The notes beneath the pieces were generated by a model. The model saw only the letters and a list, made by a program, of their open reading frames with translations. It was not told where the DNA came from and searched no databases. DNA of 33,429 bases from Verrucomicrobiota bacterium. Lineage in GTDB: Bacteria > Verrucomicrobiota > Verrucomicrobiia > Opitutales > Seribacteraceae. Shown piece by piece: positions 18,920 through 28,045 of the stretch. How positions within the stretch are numbered: position 1 is the first letter of the stretch; every line of letters begins with the position of its first letter. The position numbers and the translations under genes are program-made. The stretch is taken from assembly GCA_027622665.1 (NCBI GenBank), contig JAQBYT010000042.1:1-33429 (forward strand). The letters run 5' to 3'.

Positions 18920-20067
18920 ACCCCTAATAATCTCCTAGAGGGAATAGGAAACAAGCTGTTAACCGAGACTGCCTTTTTTCGGCGGCGATCAAAAAACACG
19001 GTCAAGCCAAGAAGAATAAGTCCTCCACCCACCCACGCTATGACAGGAGGTTGCGGGATCTTCGCCCCCTGCCCCACTCCGCTAAAAAGCCGTTTCCTAT
19101 TCGCCAAGAAAGTATTCAGTTCATCCCCTGTCAGAAAAATAGGTTCGCGATGCAACTCGGCAAATTTCTCCTGAACGTACGAAGTATTCATCCCTTCTTT
19201 GAGAATTTCAGCCAAAGCAGAAACACGATCGAGCGGAGTATCCTTGGGTGCCCACCAAAAATGGGTAAGATCACTCACTATATCGAAATCTTGCTCCCGC
19301 GCAGTGGCCGTTTCCGGCAAAGCCGAGTGACGACCTTTGCCCATATAAGCAAGTGCCCGGACGCCCGCTTCCTTGAAGCGAAGGTATTCGGCAATCGAAA
19401 ATGAGGTCACCTCAACATGCCCGCCGAGAAGGGACGATAACCTGTCGGAACCGCCGCCAGTTTGGGAGTAACGGAATTTGGCTCCGGGGAGACCACCTTC
19501 AAGCAATAATCCAGTGAGTTGACTAGGGGCACCCAAATTTGCACCGAAGACAACGCTGTCGGGTTGATCTCGGATTGCGTGTAACAAATTTTTTAAATCA
19601 CCGAATCGAGAATCGTCTCGAACCGCTACGACCACGCCATCACGACCTGTGGCGGCAATGGGGACAAACGACTCGTACCCATAGTCCACTTTGCCAAACT
19701 GCTTGGCAGTGAAGATGCCATCGTGAAGAGCGAGAATCTCGTAACCGTCGGGTTTGGCGTTCTTGACCCGTCGACTACCAATAGTACCCCCGGCCCCACC
19801 AACATTCAGAACAACTAGAGGCTGCCCCGCAACAGCAGAGCGTTCTACTCCGGAAACAAGAATGCGGACGAGCACGTCACTCCCACCTCCTGCAGCAAAA
19901 GGGACGACGACCTTGACCGGACGCGCTGGATAACGAGCTTCCTCCGTAGATAAGCCTTGTCCGCTAGCGCTTTCAAATGCCAAGGCCAATAAAAAGGCGA
20001 ACATCCAAGATAATAGCGATGAAGTTACGGACCCTCTAAAGATTTCATGTGGGGTGATCACTATCAA
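18745..20067 (-). CDS. tctC: Tripartite tricarboxylate transporter substrate-binding protein (TctC/Bug family) with a C-terminal TM extension; 3' end probably cut by a deletion
   Basis: YPARPVKVVVPFAAGGGSDVLVR, NVGGAGGTIG, AKPDGY, GGGSDRLSSLLGGHVE, APKDTP. After about 18920 the tail is out-of-frame sulfatase sequence. Start uncertain (ATG at 20004 possible). Confidence 0.8.
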   Translation of the reverse strand: MIVITPHEIFRGSVTSSLLSWMFAFLLALAFESASGQGLSTEEARYPARPVKVVVPFAAGGGSDVLVRILVSGVERSAVAGQPLVVLNVGGAGGTIGSRRVKNAKPDGYEILALHDGIFTAKQFGKVDYGYESFVPIAATGRDGVVVAVRDDSRFGDLKNLLHAIRDQPDSVVFGANLGAPSQLTGLLLEGGLPGAKFRYSQTGGGSDRLSSLLGGHVEVTSFSIAEYLRFKEAGVRALAYMGKGRHSALPETATAREQDFDIVSDLTHFWWAPKDTPLDRVSALAEILKEGMNTSYVQEKFAELHREPIFLTGDELNTFLANRKRLFSGVGQGAKIPQPPVIAWVGGGLILLGLTVFFDRRRKKAVSVNSLFPIPSRRLLGVCLPRAMPIYLILLPCRVRTFARVTSLLRRSLTCAIFRMKSERLMSTMPSITKLSIMR

Positions 20068-20377
20068 AACTGCAGAGTCCTTCTCAACTTATCTCCTTAG
20101 TGAAACTTGACGGAATAATTTGCCGACCTGCGGACAACCTCCAGCAAAAACTTTTCCTGGACGGAGACAGAAAAAAACGAACCATTAAAAACACAAGGGT
20201 TGAGAATCAGAACACCTAAAAGCTATACGCTCCGAACAAATAAACACCATGATCTCAAGAGTGGTTAAACGGAATAATCCAGCATGAACCAAGCTCCCTT
20301 GACACACGATGCTAAAAGACGCTAGGCAAGAAATAACCTCTTGCCGTTTGAAATTTGGCGATACGTAATCAGCTCAA

Positions 20378-23368
20378 GTGAAAGCAGCCCTGTCCTTCCC
20401 CTCGATTATCCTGTTTCTGTGTGCCGGTGGTCTGCTCGCCCAGAGATCCTTGTCCGTTTCCAGTCCCGAGGCGGACAACTCGGTGACCGCCCAGTTGGCT
20501 TCCTTTCAGATTGCCGATGGCTATGAGGTGAACCTGTTCGCGGACGAGTCCATGGGGATCGCCAACCCGGTCTGCTTTCGTTGGGACGCCGAAGGCAGAT
20601 TGTGGGTCCTTTGCACTTGGGCTTATCCGCAACTCAAACCCGGCGAACCAGCGGCGGACAAACTCTTCATCCTCGAGGACAAGGATAAGGACGGCAAGGC
20701 CGACAAGGTGTCAATGTTTGCCGATGGCTTGAACATGCCCACCGGATTCGCCCTTGGACACGGGGGCGTCTACTTGGCGGAAGGTCCCGACCTGTTGCAT
20801 TTGCGCGATACCGATGGCGACGGGAAGGCGGACCAACGCGAAGTTTTGTTCACCGGATTCGGCACAGGCGACACCCACCAAAACATCAACTCCCTGGCTT
20901 GGAGCCCGGGCGGCGAACTGTTCTTTTGCCAAGGACTCCATTGCTTTTCACGCGTGCAGACACCATGGGGCATCGCCCGCCTTGACGAACACGGTTCCTG
21001 GCGACTCCGCCCCCTGCGCCGCCAACTGCACAGTTACCGTCGCACTTCGGGCGGCGGTAATCCCTGGGGCTATGCTTTCGGCGACTGGGGTGAACCGTTC
21101 ATCAAAAGCAACGGTACCGGCGTGAGTGAAATGTTGCCGAGCATGGTGCACACCGACCACATCGGCGGTGGTTACTGGGGTGGAGCGATGAGCATCGGGA
21201 ATACCAAGATCAAGTCGATGTGCATCGAGATCGTCGACTCGCCTCACCTTCCCGACGATCTGCAAGGCGACTTCCTTATCGCCGGCTACTACGCCCGCAA
21301 CGTAGCTCGACTGCGCCCAACCATCGATGGCGCCGGCCACAGGTTGCAGACCTTGGCCCCGCTCCTCACCTCCTCCCACAACGCCTTTCGTCCTGTCGAT
21401 TTGAACGTGGGGCCGGACGGCGCCCTTTACGTCGCCGACTGGTTCAACCCGATCATCGGGCATTACCAGGCGTCGCTTCGCCATCCCAACCGCGACAAGA
21501 CACACGGACGCATTTGGCGCATCACCGCCAAGCAACGTCCACTCCATCGTCAACCGGTCTTGGCCAAGATGAACGCTGACGAATTGTGCGGGCAACTGGC
21601 CAATCCCATGCGCCGCACCCGCCAACTCGCCAAACTGCGCCTCATGGACTTGCCAAAGGCCGAGGCTATCGCCGCCACCCAAATGTGGGTCGATGGATTA
21701 AAGCCCGACGACCCCGAGCTCGAGCACAAGCTCTTCGAGGCAATCGGGGTATTCGAGTCACACGAGGTGGTGAACCGCCCTTTGCTCGACAGGCTTCTCA
21801 AGGCCAATAACTACAAGGCACGGGCCTACGCCACGCGGGTGACCGGTCGTTGGCAGGACCGCCTAGAGAACCCCATGGCTCTTTTGCAACGAAGCGCCGA
21901 AGACGAGCATCCCCGCGTCCGCCTCGAGACAATCGTGGCAGCTAGCGACGTCCGCCAAGCAGAGGCCATGGTGGTCGCCGCCCAAGCCGCCGCCGGCCCA
22001 ACCGACCGTTTTATCAATTTTGCCTTCACCCAAACCGTCCATGCCTTGGCTTCCCATTGGAAGCCCGCCCTTGTCGAGGGAAGCTTGGACTTCGCCGAGC
22101 CGTCCCACTTGGTCAAGGTGATCAGCGTGGGCGGTGGCGCCGACGTGGCCGGAGTGGTGCGTCAACAGTTGGACGACAAGGCGCTACCCGCCGGGCGCCG
22201 AACCACCTTGGTCGCCCTCCTCGCCAGCATAGGCAGCCATGCCGATTCGGGATTGGCTTTACAGTTGGGGGCGGACCAACCGGAGGTTTTGCGTGCGCTA
22301 GCCACCTCTGCTCGCGAGCGTAACCTGGCCGCACCCGCCAATGCCGAGCAGTTGATCGGCCCGTCATTGGCTCATAAAGACATTGAGGTACGCGCCGAGG
22401 CCATCGAGCTTTGTGGTTTGTGGAAACTTCAAGCCCATGGCGAAACTATTCGAGGCCTTGCCACCGACCGCAAGCAACCGGATCCCGTTCGTTTGGCCGC
22501 CGCCACGGCCCTTAGTTCATTTAAGGGGGAATCCATGGTCGAGACGCTGGCCACTTTGGCCTCATTGAAGGAGACGCCCGCCATCCGGGCCGCAGCCCTC
22601 GGTGCTTTGGCTCAACGTGACCTGCCTCGGGCCGCCCAATTGGCCGCCGCTCTCCTAACCAAGGTGAAGGCCAAGGAAATGGATGACCTGTTGGTCGCCC
22701 TCCTGCAGCGCCGCGAAGGAGCCGATGCCCTGGCCGATGCTTTGGGCAAGCTGAAGCTGCCGGTGGACATGGCCAAGCTTGTTCGACGATGGTTGAATGC
22801 CGCGGGACGAAACGAGCCGAACTTGGTCAAGGCCCTCAATGCCGTCATCGGGGTGCAAGGCACGACCCCAGCCTATGATCCGGCCTATGTCGCCGACCTC
22901 GCCAAGGAGTCCCTCGCCAAGGGTGACGCGACCAAGGGTAAAAAGATCTTTCAAATGCCTGCCCTCAGTTGCGTGGCCTGTCATGCCGTGGATGGTATAG
23001 CCAGCGCCATCGGTCCCATCAAGGGGCCCAACCTCTCGGCGGTGGCCGCTGGTTTGCCGACCGACCTCATCGTGGAGTCCGTGCTGTGGCCAGCCCGCCA
23101 AATCAAAGAAGGCTACGAGGCCGTAACCATAACCACCAAGGACGGTCGTTTCCATAGTGGCTTCCTCCACGCCGCCGACAAAAAAACGATCCGTATACGT
23201 GACCTTGCCAGCGGGGCCACCGTGGTCGTACCGACCACCAATCTGGCCACCCGCTCCAAGGCCCAGACCGTCATGCCTCCGGGGCTGACCGACTCCCTCA
23301 CCAAAACCGAGCTCCGCGATTTGATCAAGTACCTCTCCACCTTAAAAACCTCCGGTCTGCCAAAGTGA
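20378..23368 (+). CDS. PVC-type heme-binding CxxCH protein (membrane-bound-dehydrogenase-like beta-propeller, HEAT repeats, cytochrome c)
   Basis: GYEVNLFADE, NPVCFRWDAEGRLWV, DTDGDGKAD, DTHQ, FRPVD..GPDGALYVADW, HGRIWRI, Ala/Leu-rich HEAT region, CVACH, GPNLS, MPPGL. Confidence 0.92.
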   Translation: MKAALSFPSIILFLCAGGLLAQRSLSVSSPEADNSVTAQLASFQIADGYEVNLFADESMGIANPVCFRWDAEGRLWVLCTWAYPQLKPGEPAADKLFILEDKDKDGKADKVSMFADGLNMPTGFALGHGGVYLAEGPDLLHLRDTDGDGKADQREVLFTGFGTGDTHQNINSLAWSPGGELFFCQGLHCFSRVQTPWGIARLDEHGSWRLRPLRRQLHSYRRTSGGGNPWGYAFGDWGEPFIKSNGTGVSEMLPSMVHTDHIGGGYWGGAMSIGNTKIKSMCIEIVDSPHLPDDLQGDFLIAGYYARNVARLRPTIDGAGHRLQTLAPLLTSSHNAFRPVDLNVGPDGALYVADWFNPIIGHYQASLRHPNRDKTHGRIWRITAKQRPLHRQPVLAKMNADELCGQLANPMRRTRQLAKLRLMDLPKAEAIAATQMWVDGLKPDDPELEHKLFEAIGVFESHEVVNRPLLDRLLKANNYKARAYATRVTGRWQDRLENPMALLQRSAEDEHPRVRLETIVAASDVRQAEAMVVAAQAAAGPTDRFINFAFTQTVHALASHWKPALVEGSLDFAEPSHLVKVISVGGGADVAGVVRQQLDDKALPAGRRTTLVALLASIGSHADSGLALQLGADQPEVLRALATSARERNLAAPANAEQLIGPSLAHKDIEVRAEAIELCGLWKLQAHGETIRGLATDRKQPDPVRLAAATALSSFKGESMVETLATLASLKETPAIRAAALGALAQRDLPRAAQLAAALLTKVKAKEMDDLLVALLQRREGADALADALGKLKLPVDMAKLVRRWLNAAGRNEPNLVKALNAVIGVQGTTPAYDPAYVADLAKESLAKGDATKGKKIFQMPALSCVACHAVDGIASAIGPIKGPNLSAVAAGLPTDLIVESVLWPARQIKEGYEAVTITTKDGRFHSGFLHAADKKTIRIRDLASGATVVVPTTNLATRSKAQTVMPPGLTDSLTKTELRDLIKYLSTLKTSGLPK

Positions 23369-23447
23369 CGAAGAAAGCAAGGGTGGATAAACAAATACGG
23401 GCCAAGGCTCCTAGGCAGAAGCCACAACACGAAAAGAAAAAGCACCG

Positions 23448-25619
23448 ATGAAAATACGAATGTTCTTTGCCTTTGGCCTGTTTGCCGCACTCTTGCTTCA
23501 GGTCGGAACCGCAGAATTTAAAAAAGGTGATAAGCCGCAACCTGACGCCACCTTCTTCAACGGCAAGGACCCAACCGGTTGGTCGGCCTCCGAGATGAAG
23601 TACTGGTCGGTCAAGGACGGTGCCATCGTGGGGTATTCCGCGGTCAACGTACCGGGGAACAAATTCATTTGGGCGGACGGCGAAGTGGAGGACTTTTACC
23701 TGGCGGTCGAGGTCAAGCTCACCCCGGACAACCGCAACGCGGGCATTCAGTTCCGTTCCAAGAAAGCGAATGCCTCCGGACAGGCCGTCGGCTATCAGGC
23801 CGACGTCGGAGCCGGCGTGTGGGGCAAGCTCTATCACGAGCACGGGCGCGGCAAGCTGGACTGGAACGACAACGCCGCTGAGGCGGTGAAACCCGGCGAC
23901 TGGAACCGCTACGAGATCCTCGCCGTCGGTCACAAGATATGGACCGCCATTAACGGCAAGCTGTGCGTGGCCATAGAAGACCCCAAGGGGGAACTGTCGG
24001 GCAAGATTTCGTTTCAAATTCACGGCGGCCCTGCCCAGACTGTTCTCTATCGCAACCCCACTTTGATCCATAACCCGAAGATTGCCCTCGAGAAGCAAAC
24101 CGAGGCGCAATTGCTCGCCGCCCTCCCGAAAAAGGCGGAGGCTCCGAAGCCCGCTCCCCAAAAGCCGATCTCTACTCCGTTACCTCACTGGACGAGACTG
24201 ATCATGGCAGTTGATCCGGGCTCCCAAGGCGAAGCTTGGGCCAAGCCGGCATTTGATCATGGCAAGTGGAAAACCATGGAGGTGCCGGGTCATTTTGAAA
24301 ACGCCGGCTTGCCCGGCTACGATGGCGTGGTGTGGTTTCGCAAAATCATCGAACTGTCCGCCGAGCAGGCCAAGTCCAAGGCCATTCTAAACCTCGGCCA
24401 GATTGACGACATGGACGTCACTTGGGTCAATGGTACGCGTGTCGGTGGCTACGAGAATCCCGGTCACCATTACACGGTGCGGAAGTATCCCGTTCCGGCG
24501 GGTCTCCTGAAAACGGGCAAGAATGCGATAGCCGTTCGCGTCATGGACCACGGCGATCCCGGAGGCATCGCCGGAAAACCGGAGCAGCTCGCCCTGCAGT
24601 TGGGGAAGGAAAGAGTTTCCCTCGCCAACCTCTGGCACTTTGCCCCCGGGGCGAACTTGGACGTGCTCAATCTCCCCGCGCCTGCTCTTTTGCGTCCCTT
24701 TACCAAGCCGTCTGCCTCTGTGTCTGCCTTTGCCAAGGGCTTCGCCTTGAAGGACGACGCCACAATCGTGATCTTGGGTGGTTCAAATGCCGCCGAAACC
24801 CAGCGCTTCGGCTACTTGGAGACTCTGCTCGCCGCGGCCCACCCCGAACGCCGCCTGATTCTTCGCAACATGGCATGGCCGGCCGATACCGTGTTCAACC
24901 AGCAACGCCCGCGCAATTTCTTCGCTGCCACCAAACCCGGTTACGGTGAAAAGGACCGGCGGATCAAGACGGCCGTCGACGTCGCAGTGCTCTGGTTGGG
25001 TCAAGCCGAGGCCTTGGGTCAACCCGATCAGGTCGAGCAGTTTACCCAAGCCTATGAACAGACTTTGGAGCAACTGGCCCCCTACACCGGTCGTATCGTG
25101 GTGGTCACGCCAGTACCTTTCGAGGATCCGCTCGGCCTCGGTTTCGACCTCGATGCCCGCAATTCCACCTTGGGAAAGCACGCCGCCACCATGCGCCGAC
25201 TCGCCCGGAAGCGCGACCTGCCGGTGGTCGACTTGTTCCGTGCCTTAAACGGCAAGAAGGTAACCAGCGACGGGCAACGACTCTCCTCACGCGGCCATTG
25301 GTTGGCGGCCCAAGCCTTCGCCGATCAATTGGGCTACGCTGAATCCGTCGCCAAGATCAGCGATACCCGGGCAGGGACCCTCCAACCAACGACTGCCGAA
25401 CAACTACGCCAAGCCGTCCGGGCCAAGGACGTTCTGTGGCGACAATTCTGGTTCCCCACCAACTGGGCCTTTCTCTACGGCAACCGTCAGACCCAGCCCA
25501 GCAGCCACAGTCACAAAAACAGAGCTTTCCGGTGGTTTCCAAAAGAGATCGATAGCATTCCATCACTCCTCGTTGGCAAAGATGAAGAAATCTGGAAGCG
25601 GGGAAGGAGATTGAATTGA
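23448..25619 (+). CDS. Multidomain secreted protein: DUF1080 + galactose-binding-like (GH2-type jelly-roll) + SGNH/GDSL-like domain
   Basis: FFNGKDPTGW...NAGIQFRS...GYQAD...QIHGG; K/P-rich linker; YDGVVWFRK...LGQIDDMDVTWVNG...GKNAIAVRV; VILGGS...RNMAWPAD...VVDLF. Confidence 0.85.
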   Translation: MKIRMFFAFGLFAALLLQVGTAEFKKGDKPQPDATFFNGKDPTGWSASEMKYWSVKDGAIVGYSAVNVPGNKFIWADGEVEDFYLAVEVKLTPDNRNAGIQFRSKKANASGQAVGYQADVGAGVWGKLYHEHGRGKLDWNDNAAEAVKPGDWNRYEILAVGHKIWTAINGKLCVAIEDPKGELSGKISFQIHGGPAQTVLYRNPTLIHNPKIALEKQTEAQLLAALPKKAEAPKPAPQKPISTPLPHWTRLIMAVDPGSQGEAWAKPAFDHGKWKTMEVPGHFENAGLPGYDGVVWFRKIIELSAEQAKSKAILNLGQIDDMDVTWVNGTRVGGYENPGHHYTVRKYPVPAGLLKTGKNAIAVRVMDHGDPGGIAGKPEQLALQLGKERVSLANLWHFAPGANLDVLNLPAPALLRPFTKPSASVSAFAKGFALKDDATIVILGGSNAAETQRFGYLETLLAAAHPERRLILRNMAWPADTVFNQQRPRNFFAATKPGYGEKDRRIKTAVDVAVLWLGQAEALGQPDQVEQFTQAYEQTLEQLAPYTGRIVVVTPVPFEDPLGLGFDLDARNSTLGKHAATMRRLARKRDLPVVDLFRALNGKKVTSDGQRLSSRGHWLAAQAFADQLGYAESVAKISDTRAGTLQPTTAEQLRQAVRAKDVLWRQFWFPTNWAFLYGNRQTQPSSHSHKNRAFRWFPKEIDSIPSLLVGKDEEIWKRGRRLN

Positions 25620-25622
25620 CAC

Positions 25623-26275
25623 CTACTTTTCGCGGTATTTGCCGTCGGGCAACCGAGAGGGGAGCTTGTACTTGGGATCGGTGATCAGCTCGTACACTTT
25701 TGGGTCACGATCTTTGACTAACTCGCGATTATAGAGACGCCACTCTCTACCAATATCCTCTCTGCGACGAACAGTGTCTTGGGCTCCCCGCACGGAAGTG
25801 ACAGCCCAATAGAGGTACTCGGTGCATTGGCACCCGTAGTCGCAGGTTCGATCGTCGTAGGTGAACCAGGCTCCCTTCGGATAGCGCCGGGGTTGATCTC
25901 CGTAGCAAACTGCCCTTGACCGTGATGAAAGCCGGCATCTTGGAAAACGTCGTGATCCAGCCTGCCCAAAGCCCGTTCATTCGCCGTCATGAAGAGAAAG
26001 GCGTTTCGTTGGATCATAGTCGCCAGAACCTTGGGGTTGTCGGGCTTGCCATCCTCGTCATTGTCAAGGTACTCGGCTAAGATAACCGCTGCGTGACGCA
26101 ATTTGGCAGGCGGGGTGGTCGCTGTTCCGAAAACATTCAGGTAATAGGTGAACTGCTTCCTGAACACAGCCAGTTCACCACTGGGAACATGGCCGATTTT
26201 CAAAGTAGGCGGAGCGGCCACGATCCCGGAAACCCCAGGGCATAGAAGGATCAACATGAGGACTCGGCGGAGCAT
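25623..26275 (-). pseudogene. Frameshifted, probably internally deleted, secreted hypothetical protein
   Basis: ATG 26275 MLRRVLML... reads AEYLDNDEDGKPDNPKV...EINPG. At about 25885 protein-like sequence continues in another, Met-less frame: RYPKGAWFTYDDRTCDYGCQCTEYLYWAVTS...LPSRLPDGKYREK* (TAG at 25625-25623). Confidence 0.75.
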
Positions 26276-26343
26276 TATTGAATGGAACAATCGCACCTTT
26301 TGGAACGGCAATCTAAAAGACCCCTGAGAACAGGTTCTGACAT

Positions 26344-27885
26344 TCAGATTCCGGCCGGGGCACTGCGTCCGCTTTTCTTGTACTCTTCCAACTTGGCCTT
26401 CAGTTCCTTCACCGTCTCGGGATGTTTGAAGTATAGGTTGTTGGTTTCGCCGGGATCGAACTCGAGGTTGTAGAGTTGGCCCGGAGCCTCTGGAGCTTTC
26501 TCGGGCAGGGCGTATTGCTTGAGCCCCCACTCGCCATCGCGGCTGTAGTTGCTTCCGCCGGATCCCTTGTGGTCGAGGTACTTCCATGGGCCACGGCGAA
26601 TGGCCATGGCGAGGCTGATGGTTTGGTGCAGGGTGTACTCGCGAATCCGTTTGCCTTTATCCTCGCCCAATAGAACCGGAAGGAAATTGTAACTGTCTTC
26701 GGCCGCGTCGTTGGGCAATTTCACGCCCACGATTTCCGCGTAGGTAGCCATGAGGTCGGTCAGGCAGATGGTTTGATCCGAGACGCTTCCCGGTTTTACC
26801 TTGCCGGGCCAACGGGCAATGAAGGGTACGCGGTGCCCACCCTCCCAGTTGTCGCGCTTTACTCCACGCCAAGGACGAGCACCGTCGTGCTTGTGGGTTT
26901 TACGCATGTTGATCACAGTCGGCACTTCGGGACCATTGTCACTGGAAAACATAACCAAGGTATTTTCGGAAAAACCATGCTTCTTCAAGGCTTCCATCAA
27001 TTCGCCCACGACGTAATCGAGCTCAAAGATGAAATCGCCATGCGGACCGGACTTCGTCTTGCCCTTGAAGGCATCACCGGGGAAGGAGGGAAGATGCACC
27101 CCTTGGGTCGAGTGCAAGAGGAAGAAAGGTTTCTTCGAGGAACGCTTTGCATGGTTGTCCAAAAATTGAAGGCTCTTGTTGAGGAAAGTCATGTCCACTT
27201 CCTCCAGATCAAACCCCGGAGCGATCATGCCGGCGCGATTGTCCCTTGAATAAGGATGCTTGGGCAGTGGCCCACGATCAACGATATGGGTGGGCGGCAC
27301 CGGAATCCGATCACCATCGACGTAGGCATACAGCCAATCGGTCGTTGGGCAACACACCGTACCGAAGAAATGATCGAATCCACGATGGATCGGAGCATCG
27401 GGAATTGCCCGGGAATAGTCGATGCGCTTCACCGCCGCCAAACCGTTTTGGTTGATGGGCTTCCCGGTCTTGTCATGGAAAGTCATTCCAACGTGCCACT
27501 TGCCAAATAGGGCGGTGGAATAACCCTTCCGTTGAAACATGCCGCCGAGTGTAAGGCGCTTCTCCTCAATCATGCAGGGACCGCCGGCACCAGTGAACAC
27601 ACCACGCATTCCCGTCCGGAAAGCCATACGACCAGTCAGCACGCTGTAACGCGTAGGAGTACAAACGGTTGACGGACTGTGGGCGTCAGTGAAAAGCATA
27701 CCCTCGGTCGCCAGTCGATCAAGGTTTGGCGTGGGAATATTCGATTCCGGATTGTAGCAGGCAACGTCACCGTAGCCTAGGTCGTCGGCAAGAATGAAGA
27801 CGACGTTGGGGTATTTGTTATTCGCGGCATCTGCAAAATAATAAGCAAGAAGGCAAAGGAAGAGAGAAATTGTGAGGTTTTTCAT
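26344..27885 (-). CDS. Arylsulfatase A-like sulfatase (Cys-type)
   Basis: Signal peptide MKNLTISLFL (ATG 27885); PNVVFILADDLGYGD; CTPTRYSVLTGR; GKWHVG; SSDNG; WEGGHRVP. Confidence 0.93.
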   Translation of the reverse strand: MKNLTISLFLCLLAYYFADAANNKYPNVVFILADDLGYGDVACYNPESNIPTPNLDRLATEGMLFTDAHSPSTVCTPTRYSVLTGRMAFRTGMRGVFTGAGGPCMIEEKRLTLGGMFQRKGYSTALFGKWHVGMTFHDKTGKPINQNGLAAVKRIDYSRAIPDAPIHRGFDHFFGTVCCPTTDWLYAYVDGDRIPVPPTHIVDRGPLPKHPYSRDNRAGMIAPGFDLEEVDMTFLNKSLQFLDNHAKRSSKKPFFLLHSTQGVHLPSFPGDAFKGKTKSGPHGDFIFELDYVVGELMEALKKHGFSENTLVMFSSDNGPEVPTVINMRKTHKHDGARPWRGVKRDNWEGGHRVPFIARWPGKVKPGSVSDQTICLTDLMATYAEIVGVKLPNDAAEDSYNFLPVLLGEDKGKRIREYTLHQTISLAMAIRRGPWKYLDHKGSGGSNYSRDGEWGLKQYALPEKAPEAPGQLYNLEFDPGETNNLYFKHPETVKELKAKLEEYKKSGRSAPAGI

Positions 27886-28045
27886 ATGGAACAGAAAATC
27901 GTTACCGAATCCGTCTGGCTTTTCAACCACAGGTTGCCATTCCCAAAACAGTTCGAATTTGTAATGGACGGCTAAGTCGCTAGCGCTCTACTCTATCGGT
28001 TCAACCTTTAACCCCGTCAAATACGCCTTGGGCTAACATTCTTTT

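Noticed and set aside
20110..20278. ACGGAATAAT repeated at 20110 and 20269
   Set aside because: Only a 10-mer, 159 nt apart, with no other support.
25718..26587. 289-aa ORF as listed in the track
   Set aside because: The first ~80 codons overlap the sulfatase out of frame and the tail is post-frameshift. The real gene is 26275-25623 and is broken.
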